Positions 17,701 to 26,086 of a stretch of 64,000 bases of DNA are shown piece after piece. The stretch covers positions 13,366 through 77,365 of the forward strand of contig JBAUPV010000020.1 in NCBI GenBank assembly GCA_049580385.1, given 5' to 3'. The notes under the pieces are model-generated. The model made no database searches and was not told where the DNA came from. It saw only the letters and a list, made by a program, of their open reading frames with translations. This DNA is from Desulfobaccales bacterium (GTDB lineage Bacteria > Desulfobacterota > Desulfobaccia > Desulfobaccales > 0-14-0-80-60-11). A program made the translations under genes and the position numbers. Numbering within the stretch: the stretch's first letter is position 1; each line of letters begins with the position of its first letter.

Positions 17701-17992
17701 TTACGTAATTCAAACTGCAGTGGCGGAGACCTATTTCAGAATTGCTACTCGGTCCCAGTCTCTCAAATTTATGGATCTCATTAAAAACCTGGGGTTTATT
17801 ATTACGATACTGCCTTTTGCGAGACGCCGCGCCGAAGCCTACTTGAACAAGATTATCCAGGTGGGCCGGGAGGTGGAGTCCCAAGGCTTTGTGCAAGGCC
17901 AGGCTTTGCTCAATCTGGGATATCTGCACCGGTTTAAAGGGGAAGCCGGCCAAGGCCCGGGAATGCTTCTCCGAAGCGCTGCAGATCTTTGA
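14705..17992 (+). CDS. Multidomain signalling protein: double zinc ribbon + class III adenylate/guanylate cyclase + AAA/STAND ATPase + TPR-like C-terminal region (apparent 3' frameshift, see findings)
   Basis: MKCPSCRSVNEEREKFCRSCGAKLGEPCPDCG..DKFCTECG. Cyclase core ERKHVTALFADISGYTAISERL...GTIEKFAGDQIMALFGFP. Walker A ICGEAGTGKSRL. Long helical repeat region. Confidence 0.85.
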   Translation: MKCPSCRSVNEEREKFCRSCGAKLGEPCPDCGTVIFPGDKFCTECGRRLWSQEGVPKIQEEVPAERKHVTALFADISGYTAISERLDPEELKDLVGPLIGEMAKVVIGYHGTIEKFAGDQIMALFGFPRAHEDDPVRAIRAATEIHQVVREISQKVAKALGQPLAVHIGINSGLAVTGQADFDHLTHHIAGDAINVASRLCNLAKAGETLVGQTTYSQTNGFFSFAPLEPIQVKGKSKPIQVYRFLAPKELPKKTHGVSGLRAELIGRHKEMATLAQAVDRLLKGTGTFIAICGEAGTGKSRLIEEFRVTLDVNTINWIEGNAYNYTQNISYYPLIDLLNRELGIEESDAPEKVREKLEARVAELVGARADVAPYLGSLLSLNYPETVGVSPDFWKSSLYRAAQAILEAQTKKAPTVICLEDLHWADSTFLEFLHSTHMQQRASALTLCTYRPPLKLFSSQEISLLGEAYQEIELQDLSLEETQEMVQSMLETAEIPEELRQYLQVNMGGNPFYLEEMLTSMTESGTLRRHGGRWQLTRTIAESDIPPTIHAVITGRIDRLESRTKHLLQEASVLGRTVPYEILKGITEYPDSLDRSLADLELLDLVRRDPQAEQEYVFKHALIQEVVYGSLLKKDRQAMHQRIGLVMEQVFQDRLPEIYETLSLHFKHTELSQKALHYLIESGRKSLQKYAVQESHRYYQKAFQILVKIRGKSEEEKKRLVDFLNEWANVFYYRGDFRGFTRLLLAYKELAESIEDKARLGIYYAWLGFALFGSGKVREAHGYSSQALKLGEEIGSYPIIGLAYANLTWTCAELKLLDQGIQYGIEAEKIARLYELEPMIFFQSLSGMGMIYLFKGNSEKNFEIGRVLQEYGENRSNLRSIVVGHIITGYGHYTNGDFNRAIECCKKAIALLNDPLFSEWPKLFLCMNYLTNDQIEEAEDLIREILPFCEDLGLGYIVSAAQVFRGAVFVAQGQPSRGIKILEKDLRIFEDNGRFYSLYVIQTAVAETYFRIATRSQSLKFMDLIKNLGFIITILPFARRRAEAYLNKIIQVGREVESQGFVQGQALLNLGYLHRFKGEAGQGPGMLLRSAADL

Positions 17993-18203
17993 ACGAGGTA
18001 CCTCGGAAACCCATCTCCAACAAGCCCGGGAGGCTCTGGCATCGGTTAGCTAATCGACCCGGTAAGAGCAGGGACACAAAAACTCAATCTTTGCTCAGCC
18101 ACTATTTTGGAGGTTGGTCTTCGGAAGGAACCAGAAGCAAAGCGGTTCTTTCGTCCTAGTAGGTTTCTGGTTACTGGCCCCACGAAGCAGTTGGAGATCC
18201 TAA

Positions 18204-19535
18204 ATGCGTATCCTGCTGGTCGCCCCCCGCTCAGAATATCCCGAAGCCATTCCAGGTTGGATTCTCATCCCGCAGCTGTCCCTGCTTATTTTAAAGGCAT
18301 TGAGCGGAAACGGCCACCAAGTGGTGACGGTGGAGGAAGACTCGGCTGCCATTCCCCGAGATGGAAAGTGGGACTTGGTTGGGATCACAGTTATGACGGC
18401 CACGGCTTCCCGGGCCTATGCCCTGGCCAGGGAGTTCAGGAAGCAGGGGGCCAAGGTGATCCTGGGGGGCATCCACCCTTCGGTGCTTCCGGAAGAAGCC
18501 GGCCAGCATGCGGATGCGGTACTGGTGGGAGAGGCCGAGGGCCTCTGGCCGGCCATCCTGGAGGACGCAGCACGAGACGCTCTTAAGCCAACCTATTACA
18601 ACCACGTGCCGGAGACGATACAGGTGCCTCTGGTAGATTACAAGCAGAATAAAAAGTCGCTGATCCCCACTGCCTCGCCTGTCATCTCCGGCCGGGGCTG
18701 CCCGAACGGGTGTGAATTTTGCTCGGTTTCCCGGATTTACGGGAGCCGGGTGCGGAAGGTGCCGGTTGAGCAAGTTCTGGAGCAGGTGAAGCGCAGCCAC
18801 AGCCATTATGTCGCTTTTCTGGACGACAACCTTACAGCCGACCGCGACTACGCCCTGGCGCTGTTCGAAGGGCTTAGAAGGCTGAAGGTGAACTTCATTG
18901 GGCAGGTCACTGTCAGGTTCCTCCTGGATGCTATTTTATTCCGAGCGGCCGTGGCCGCGGGGCTCAAAGGAATCTTCGTCGGTTTTGAGACCATTGAAGA
19001 AGAGGGGCGCCAACGCTTGAAGAAATCGGTATCTCTGCAAGCCTATGGCGAGGTCATTCGGAAATGCCGGGCTGCCCGCGTTTTTTTGCACGGCTCCTTT
19101 ATCTTCGGCCTGGACGAGCATGATAAAACCATTTTCAGCCGCACCCTGGACTTTATCATGCAAAACCAGCTCACTTCGGTGGGCGCCTATGTGTTGACCC
19201 CATACCCGGGCACCCCCCTCTTCGACCGCATGGTGGCGGAGGGACGCTTACTCCATCAAAATTGGGCTTTCTATGACCATGGCACCCCGGTTTTTGTCCC
19301 GGAGCGCATGACCTTGGAAGAGCTTGCTGAGGGATACGTTAAATTCCGGGAATCGGTCTTCAGTCTCTGGGGCATTGCGCGTCGGTGTCCTCCCGGATTA
19401 GCAGCCGCCTATGTCGCCCTCCAGGTGAACGCGGCGCTGCGGCGGGTGAACTTACAACTCCGGGACCACTATAAAAACTACTTCAATTGGCTGCAACAAG
19501 CCGATCTGGGGAGACAGATAAAAATAAGTAATTAA
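18204..19535 (+). CDS. Cobalamin-binding-domain radical SAM protein (class B)
   Basis: N-terminal B12-binding-like fold (MRILLVAPR...DLVGITVMTATASRAYALAREFRKQGAKVILGGIHPS). Radical SAM cluster motif GRGCPNGCEFCSV. Confidence 0.85.
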   Translation: MRILLVAPRSEYPEAIPGWILIPQLSLLILKALSGNGHQVVTVEEDSAAIPRDGKWDLVGITVMTATASRAYALAREFRKQGAKVILGGIHPSVLPEEAGQHADAVLVGEAEGLWPAILEDAARDALKPTYYNHVPETIQVPLVDYKQNKKSLIPTASPVISGRGCPNGCEFCSVSRIYGSRVRKVPVEQVLEQVKRSHSHYVAFLDDNLTADRDYALALFEGLRRLKVNFIGQVTVRFLLDAILFRAAVAAGLKGIFVGFETIEEEGRQRLKKSVSLQAYGEVIRKCRAARVFLHGSFIFGLDEHDKTIFSRTLDFIMQNQLTSVGAYVLTPYPGTPLFDRMVAEGRLLHQNWAFYDHGTPVFVPERMTLEELAEGYVKFRESVFSLWGIARRCPPGLAAAYVALQVNAALRRVNLQLRDHYKNYFNWLQQADLGRQIKISN

Positions 19536-19619
19536 CATAATACAATGGTCATGACCCGGTAAAACTATTAATCATCTTCTGCCGACCGGCCCCGGATCCC
19601 TGGCCTAGAGGAGGTAGCC

Positions 19620-22070
19620 ATGGAAACAATGAATAGAGTCACCTTCAAAGATTTGAGCCTGGGAGACATTACCCTGAAGACGCTGCCCAGGCTCGCTGAG
19701 ATGCGGAAGCGCCACTTCAAGAGCCGACCGGAGATCTGCACGGAGCTTCCCCTTAATATTACCCGTTATCTGCAGGATCCGAACCATGAGGCGGACCCGC
19801 CGGGGCTGCGGGCGGGAAAACTCTACCAGTACGTGCTGGAAAAAAAGAAGGCGCGGATTGCGGAGGGCAACTTGCTGGCCGGAACCACCAGCACGAAAGA
19901 CATTGGGGTGATGCTGTATCCCGATCTCTATTCCCTGTCCCTCTGGCCGGAATTGGAGACTATGGCCACCCGGCCGAAAAATCCCTTTAAAATCAAACCG
20001 AAAGATATTGAAATCCTGAATCTCAAAGTCTTCCCTTTCTGGCTCGATCGCACCGTCATGGAAGTTACCCGCAGGGATAATGGCAACCCCCTGTGCCAAC
20101 GGCTCATGGAGCGGCTGCTCTTTTACATGGTGAGCAAGGGGGAAACCATTTCCCACACCATCCCCAACTACGGGGTGGTGGTGGAGAAAGGGCTGGCGGC
20201 CCTCATGACAGAGGCCCAGCAAGGTCTGGCCAAAAGCCATGACCCAGAGCAGCAAAGCTTTTTCCAGGGGGTCGAACTGGCCCTGGGAGGCATAATTAAC
20301 TATGCCGAGCACCTGAGCGAGAAGGCCCTGGAACTGGCTGAAAAAGAGACCGATTCCCAGCGCCGGCAAGAACTCCAGCAGATGAGCGAAATCTGCCAGT
20401 GGGTACCGGCCCATCCGCCCCGGAGCTTCTGGGAGGCCCTGAATGCCATCTGGATCTGCAAGATCGCCCTGCACCAGGAAAACGCCAATCTGGCCCTGTC
20501 CCTGGGCCGCCTGGACCAGATCTTGTATCGCTTTTATGCCGAGGATTTTAAGAATAAAATCCTGACTCGGGCCCGGGCCGTGGAACTGGTGGGCTGCTTC
20601 TGGCTCAGCATCGCCGACCATGTGCCCATGATTCCGGAAGCCGGGGAGGAGTTTATCGGCGGCAGCGGCTCCAACCAGGCCATTACCCTGGGGGGCGTCG
20701 ACCGGCAGGGCCGGGATGCAGTCAATGACCTAACCTATGTCATGCTCCGGGCCACCGAGATCTTAAAGTTGCGGGACCCCAATGTTAATGCCCGTTATCA
20801 TTATGAAGTGAACCCTCCTGAATATCTGGAGCGCCTCTGCCAGGTGAATATGAACACCTGGGCCACTCCCTGTTTCCACAATGACGTGGCGGTCATCCAA
20901 ACCTTGCAGGAAACCTATAAAGCCCAGAAAATCTCTTTGGAGGATGCCCGGGACTATGGCGTCGTGGGCTGTGTGGAGCCCATCAGCGCCGGCCGGACTT
21001 ACGGCCACACCGGCGCCATCTTTATTATCCTCACCGCGGCCCTGGAAATGGCGCTCTTTGGAGGGAAGCATCGCCTGACCGGAGACGAGCAGATCGGGCC
21101 CCGGACCACGCCGCTGGAGTATTTGAATTCCTATGCAGATTTTCAGAAGGCCCTGGAGACCCAGATCGACTGGCTCATCCTTCAGGCGGTAACATTTAAC
21201 AATTACGCCGGGATCACCCACCAGAAGATCCACCGCACCCCCATGCTGTCGGCCCTGATGGAAGGGTGCCTGAAAAATGGCAAGGATGTGATATGCGGCG
21301 GGGCTACTTATAATTCTTCGGGAGCCACCATCATCGGCCTGGCGGAGGTGGTGGACTCGGTGACGGCCATTCAGGAATTTGTCTTCGACAAGGGGGCTAT
21401 GTCCGCAGGCGACATGATCGCCGCCCTCCAGGCCAACTGGGAGGACCCTTATGCCAAATTCCAGGCCAGGATAAAGCATTCTCCGGAAAAATTCGGCCGC
21501 GAGAGTGCTCTGGCCCGGGACAACGCCGACTGGCTGTTGAGGTTTATTCATGATAACTTCGCGGGGCGCCAGAACTACCGGGGCGGCAAGTATAACGTGG
21601 GTTACTGGACCATGACCATGCATGCCGGCTTCGGGATGATTACCGGGGCGCTGCCCAACGGCCGGGAACAAGGGGAGAACTTCGCCAGCGGCATCACTCC
21701 CGTCTCCGGTGCGGCCCCCCAATTGACCCCCTGCCTCAACTTTGTGGGTGGGTTGGACCATCTGCAGATCACCAACGGCCAGGCCCTGAATCTGAAGTAT
21801 TATCCTTCGACCACTACGCTGCCAGCCTTTGCCAAGACCATTGAGGCTTACTTCCGCAATGGGGATGGCAAAACGGGGGGCTTGCAGGTGCAGTTCAACA
21901 TCATTGACCAGGATACCCTGAAAGAGTTGCAGCAGTTTCCCGACAAGTACCCACCCCTGATGGTAAGGGTTTCAGGATATACAGCCTATTTCCAGGACCT
22001 CAACCCGCAGATGCAGCAAGAGATCATCGACCGGGCCGAATACGACCTGATGACCGGACAGCAAATGTAA
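19620..22070 (+). CDS. Glycyl radical enzyme, PFL2/eliminase-like, unknown substrate
   Basis: GGAGG RBS. Thiyl loop VVGCVEP (Cys codon 20970-20972). C-terminal glycyl radical motif MVRVSGYTAYF (Gly codon 21975-21977). 816 aa. Confidence 0.92.
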   Translation: METMNRVTFKDLSLGDITLKTLPRLAEMRKRHFKSRPEICTELPLNITRYLQDPNHEADPPGLRAGKLYQYVLEKKKARIAEGNLLAGTTSTKDIGVMLYPDLYSLSLWPELETMATRPKNPFKIKPKDIEILNLKVFPFWLDRTVMEVTRRDNGNPLCQRLMERLLFYMVSKGETISHTIPNYGVVVEKGLAALMTEAQQGLAKSHDPEQQSFFQGVELALGGIINYAEHLSEKALELAEKETDSQRRQELQQMSEICQWVPAHPPRSFWEALNAIWICKIALHQENANLALSLGRLDQILYRFYAEDFKNKILTRARAVELVGCFWLSIADHVPMIPEAGEEFIGGSGSNQAITLGGVDRQGRDAVNDLTYVMLRATEILKLRDPNVNARYHYEVNPPEYLERLCQVNMNTWATPCFHNDVAVIQTLQETYKAQKISLEDARDYGVVGCVEPISAGRTYGHTGAIFIILTAALEMALFGGKHRLTGDEQIGPRTTPLEYLNSYADFQKALETQIDWLILQAVTFNNYAGITHQKIHRTPMLSALMEGCLKNGKDVICGGATYNSSGATIIGLAEVVDSVTAIQEFVFDKGAMSAGDMIAALQANWEDPYAKFQARIKHSPEKFGRESALARDNADWLLRFIHDNFAGRQNYRGGKYNVGYWTMTMHAGFGMITGALPNGREQGENFASGITPVSGAAPQLTPCLNFVGGLDHLQITNGQALNLKYYPSTTTLPAFAKTIEAYFRNGDGKTGGLQVQFNIIDQDTLKELQQFPDKYPPLMVRVSGYTAYFQDLNPQMQQEIIDRAEYDLMTGQQM

Positions 22071-22104
22071 TCCTTGGTTCAAAAATTCCACGACGAGGTG
22101 TCCC

Positions 22105-22581
22105 ATGTTTGATCCGATAGGATTTATCAAGAACCCGATAGTATTTATCCGGTACTTCCAAGCCAAGAGGAATTTGAAAAAAAGCCGGGGAGACGAGGTC
22201 ACCGAAGACTTCCTGACATTGTTACTTGACCTGATGAAGTGGACCTTCCTGATTGACCCGGATTACCGGCGGAATATTGAGCATTTCACCGGCGCTTACC
22301 GGTTTAAGGACAGGGACGGCAAGGTGAACGTCCTAGTCAAGTTTCACGGCGGCAAAATGGAGGTCAGCGACGACCCCTTCGCCGAGACGAAGGTGATGGT
22401 GACCTTTAAAGATAGCAAGACCCTGCGGGACTTCTTGCTGGCAGTCAAAAAGGATATCCTGCAGGTTCTCGTCCGCAATCAAATCCTGGTTACCGGCAAT
22501 CTCAATTATCTATATAAATTTGCTTTTATGGCCAACCACCCCCTGCGCGGGCTGCTGAATCTGGAAAATGAATTAACTTGA
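22105..22581 (+). CDS. SCP2 (sterol-carrier-protein-2)-like small protein
   Basis: GAGGTG RBS. GAYRFKDRDGKVNVLVKFHGGKMEVSDDPFAETKVMVTFKDSKTLRDFLLAVKKDILQVLVRNQILVTGNLNYLYKFAFM matches the SCP2 pattern: beta-strands, then 'D..l..ll.G......a...g.l...G......kf'. The fold is assigned by eye only. Confidence 0.6.
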   Translation: MFDPIGFIKNPIVFIRYFQAKRNLKKSRGDEVTEDFLTLLLDLMKWTFLIDPDYRRNIEHFTGAYRFKDRDGKVNVLVKFHGGKMEVSDDPFAETKVMVTFKDSKTLRDFLLAVKKDILQVLVRNQILVTGNLNYLYKFAFMANHPLRGLLNLENELT

Positions 22582-23492
22582 TGGGAGACCCTCAGCCCCT
22601 CATCTTGGACATCAAAAGACACGCTCTGGAAGACGGCCCCGGCATTCGGAGTACGGTCTTTTTCAAGGGCTGCAATCTGCATTGCCCCTGGTGCCATAAC
22701 CCCGATGCCATCGACCCCGCCCCAGAAATAGCCTTTTATCCCCGGGACTGCATCGGCTGCGGCGACTGCGTGGAGGTCTGCCCGACGGGCGCCTGCCGGC
22801 TGGAGGGTCAGGTTCTCATCGATCGGGAGCTTTGCAGCCGCTGCGGCGACTGCGCCGGGGCTTGCCCCAGCCAGGCCCTGCGGCTGATGGGGCGCCATTA
22901 TGAGGCCGGCGAACTGCTGGAAATCATTCTCCGGGACCGCACGTTCTATGCCGTTTCCGGCGGGGGAGTGACCCTCTCCGGCGGGGAGCCCACCCTGTTC
23001 CTGGACTACAGCAGGGCAATTCTGGGCCACTTGAAAGAGCTGGGTCTGCATACCGTCTTACAGACTAATGGGATGTTTGTCTGGAGCGAATTCCGGGAGC
23101 GGTTGCTGCCTCTGGCCGACCTGGTAATGATAGACCTGAAGGTTGCGGATGGGGAAAGGCACCGGGAATATACCGGCCAGGACAATGCCCTGGTCTGGAC
23201 CAACCTGGAATCCCTCCTTAGGGAAAAGCCTTTAGCGGCGTTGCCCCGCATTCCCTTGATTCCGGGGTTCACCGCCACCCAGGAAAACCTGGAGGCCCTC
23301 TCGCGGCGGTTGCAGGAGCTGGGTGTCAGAAAGTGTGCCTTGCTTCCCTATAATCCCACCTGGTTTCACAAAGCGGCAAGTATTGGAAAGCCCGTTGACG
23401 CCCGGTTATCCCCACACCTGATGACCCCTGCCGCCCTGGCGGCCTGCCGAGAAATATTTTCCTGGGCTGAAAATTCTGCCAATAACCTGTAG
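22581..23492 (+). CDS. Glycyl-radical-enzyme activating enzyme (radical SAM with two ferredoxin-like clusters)
   Basis: EDGPGIRSTVFFKGCNLHCPWCHNP. CIGCGDCVEVCP and CSRCGDCAGACP. SGGEPT. Its ATG overlaps the stop of the SCP2-like gene (TGATG). Confidence 0.92.
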   Translation: MGDPQPLILDIKRHALEDGPGIRSTVFFKGCNLHCPWCHNPDAIDPAPEIAFYPRDCIGCGDCVEVCPTGACRLEGQVLIDRELCSRCGDCAGACPSQALRLMGRHYEAGELLEIILRDRTFYAVSGGGVTLSGGEPTLFLDYSRAILGHLKELGLHTVLQTNGMFVWSEFRERLLPLADLVMIDLKVADGERHREYTGQDNALVWTNLESLLREKPLAALPRIPLIPGFTATQENLEALSRRLQELGVRKCALLPYNPTWFHKAASIGKPVDARLSPHLMTPAALAACREIFSWAENSANNL

Positions 23493-23586
23493 CACAGGCG
23501 ACTCGCTTGTAGTCCGAGCCGGCACTTATTTCAGAATTGGAGACTTTTTTCCTGGGCAGCTCTTTAGATTTCCAGGTTATTCACTA

Positions 23587-25260
23587 TTATTTAGCCTGGA
23601 TAGCGCTGGAGGAAGAGGATTCCACGGGGGCTTCCGATAACCTTGCCCTGGAACGCCCGGGAACCTCCAGCTGCCGCCCCTGGATGATGGCCGTGGCCTT
23701 TTGCCGCACCACCCTCCTTATTTCGAAGAGATCCTCTCCCATGGCACAGGTCTCGATATATTCTACGAACCTGGTGGGGTTGCGCCTCCACATCCCGATC
23801 ATCTGGGCCCAGAACTGACGCCGGTATGGCGGGCGGACGCCTTGCCACCAGAGGATTTTGAAAAACCCTTTGATTTGGATTAATATTCTGTGCCAGGCCA
23901 TTCCCTGGCCGGGGACGCGGCCCTTTGGCAAGGTATCCCTTGCGGCGACCAATGGGGCCTGGCGAACCGGCCCCATGGCCAGATAATAGCGGTAGGCCCT
24001 GGCCAGGTAACGGGATGGCTCATACAGGTAGTCCCAAGCCTCGATGTATTCCTGGATAATCTCGGCTTCCGGTCGGTCCGGTTGGTAGTTCAAGGCTGAG
24101 AAGGTCCCTGCGTCATCTCCCACATCCTGGCGCAGCCGTCCCTCTCTCTCCAATCGATGCCACAGACTGGTATGGGGGAAGGCCTGCAGGACCCCAAGCA
24201 TAGCCATCGGCATGGCGGTCTGTTCCATGAAGGCACAGATGCGCTCGCCGGTCCCTTTGGGTTCCCCGTCCAGACCGATGATGAAACTCCCCATAACCTC
24301 AATGCCTTTTTTCTGGAGGGTGTGCAGCGATTCCAGGAGCGGGTTGTTGATGTTGTGATATTTGTGGCTGGTTTGCAGGACATTCTCGTCCGGAGACTCG
24401 ATGCCGATAAAAACCTCCCTCAGGTTGACTGCGGTCATGAGGTCGATCATTTCCGGATCCTGCCCCAGGTTCACCGAGACCTGCGTAAAGAACCTGTAAG
24501 GCGCGCCCCGACTCCTCAACCAGGGAGTGAGTTCCTGCAGCAAAGCCCGGGCGTGCTTCTTACTGCCGATGAAGTTATCATCGCAAATGAACACGGTTCC
24601 CCTGGCCCCGAGCCGGTAGAGGGTTTCCAGTTCGGCGATGACCTGCTTAGGGGTCTTATAACGGGGCAAGCGCCCGAAAAGGCTTATCACATCGCAAAAT
24701 TCACATTCAAACGGGCATCCTCGAGAAGTCTGAATCGTATAGGCGGCGTAATCTTTCAGCCGCAACAGATCAAACCGGGGGATCGGCGAGGTCGTCAGGT
24801 CCGGCTTCCCACCGTTTTCGATTATCCCGGTCTTTCCTTGTTCCATCGCCTCCAAAAGTAACGGAATCGTATTCTCGCCCTCGCCCCGCACCACAAAGTC
24901 ACATCCCGCCTCCAGGACTTCCTCCGGGAGTGAAGTGGGGTGGGGTCCGCCGGCAACGACGATTTTTCCACGGAGCTTGGCTTCTCTCACCAGGGCCAAC
25001 AAGCCCGCCCTTTGAATGCGCATGGCCGATAGCAAAACCAGATCGGCCCCCTGCCAATCTTCCTCCGTCAGGCGTCTGGCGTTGAGATCGGCCAGACGCA
25101 GTTCCCATTCCGGGGGCAGCAAGGCGGCCACCGTAAGCAAACCCAAGGGTGGATGAGCAGTTTTGCTGCCTCGGAGCCGGCAAGATTTCTGGAAACTCCA
25201 AAATGAAAGGGGAAATTCTGGGCATACCAACAAAGCCCGCATAGTTATAAAACTCCTCAC
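23587..25260 (-). CDS. Cobalamin-binding-domain radical SAM protein with a long C-terminal extension (DUF4070-like)
   Basis: B12-binding-like N-terminus (ALLVCPEFP...ADLVLLSAMRIQRAGLLALVREAKLRGKIVVAGGPHPT). TSRGCPFECEFCDV. C-terminal about 150 aa helical region. Convergent with the GRE operon. Confidence 0.88.
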   Translation of the reverse strand: MRSFITMRALLVCPEFPLSFWSFQKSCRLRGSKTAHPPLGLLTVAALLPPEWELRLADLNARRLTEEDWQGADLVLLSAMRIQRAGLLALVREAKLRGKIVVAGGPHPTSLPEEVLEAGCDFVVRGEGENTIPLLLEAMEQGKTGIIENGGKPDLTTSPIPRFDLLRLKDYAAYTIQTSRGCPFECEFCDVISLFGRLPRYKTPKQVIAELETLYRLGARGTVFICDDNFIGSKKHARALLQELTPWLRSRGAPYRFFTQVSVNLGQDPEMIDLMTAVNLREVFIGIESPDENVLQTSHKYHNINNPLLESLHTLQKKGIEVMGSFIIGLDGEPKGTGERICAFMEQTAMPMAMLGVLQAFPHTSLWHRLEREGRLRQDVGDDAGTFSALNYQPDRPEAEIIQEYIEAWDYLYEPSRYLARAYRYYLAMGPVRQAPLVAARDTLPKGRVPGQGMAWHRILIQIKGFFKILWWQGVRPPYRRQFWAQMIGMWRRNPTRFVEYIETCAMGEDLFEIRRVVRQKATAIIQGRQLEVPGRSRARLSEAPVESSSSSAIQAK

Positions 25261-26011
25261 AAACCGCCAGTCGGGGGCAACCAGACGTTGGCTGGTTAAC
25301 TCGGTGATCTAAACTATTTTTCGAACTTCGCAACTGTTGTCTTTGCGAAAGTACCTCACCCATGACGAGCTTATATCAAAACCATCTGCGCGGATGAATG
25401 TGGTATTATTTATTTTCAACTTTCCTAAATTTATCTCACTTGCATGATGAGGCTGTTGTGTATTTTGCTTTTAAACTGGGAGAAAAATCTTATCTTATAT
25501 CATTTACCGATATAAAAGTTTATAACTTTAAGCTTTTCTCCCACGGGATGTCCAATGAAAACGTAATGATAAAGGTTAGCGCTCATCTCGGCCTCCATCT
25601 ATTATGTTATAATAAATATCAAAACTTCATCTACACTAGGATTAAGGTAATCACCTTTTCAAACTCGATGGCATCCAGGCATTTATTAACTCGAGATTAT
25701 GAGGTAGGCTTGAGTAATCGAAACATGCCTCTCTCACGAGAAGCAATATGTTAGCACAAAATTTTTCACCAAATCAACACCTTTCCGCAAATTCAATGAA
25801 TACCAGATCTTCAATGGCCCTGGAAGGCTCGGCATTGATTTGGAATTTATAAACCCCGAGTCAACCGGGTGTGGTGCTGAATTGGCGGTAAGGGAGTGAT
25901 TGCTGAGGTGGGCCAGGCCCATAGAAAGGTAACTTTCCGCACTCAGGTTATCCCTGAGTTATCCCTGATATAAATTGGGGTTAGCCGCTTTGGATAACCC
26001 CTTGGTTTCTC

Positions 26012-26086
26012 TGGAGCCGGCACGGGGGGTCGAACCCCGGACCTGCTGATTACGAATCAGCTGCTCTACCACTGAGCTATGCCGGC
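26012..26086 (-). tRNA. tRNA-Thr (anticodon CGU), CCA encoded
   Basis: The reverse complement folds by hand as GCCGGCA-TA-GCTC-AGTGGTA-GAGC-A-GCTGA-TTCGTAA-TCAGC-AGGTC-CGGGG-TTCGACC-CCCCG-TGCCGGC-T-CCA. Confidence 0.93.

Noticed and set aside
23516-23525. 10-bp match (GAGCCGGCAC) to the 3' end of tRNA-Thr (26014-26023). It could mark an att-type direct repeat enclosing the second radical SAM gene as a 2.5-kb islet.
   Set aside because: A 10-mer match in 64 kb of GC-rich DNA is close to the chance expectation. There is no integrase, and the match does not extend.
25398-25754. 118-aa + strand ORF in the AT-rich segment next to tRNA-Thr.
   Set aside because: There is no Shine-Dalgarno sequence. 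The Phe/Leu/Asn/Lys/Ile-rich composition is that expected from random AT-rich DNA, and no motifs are present. I kept it only as part of the island observation.
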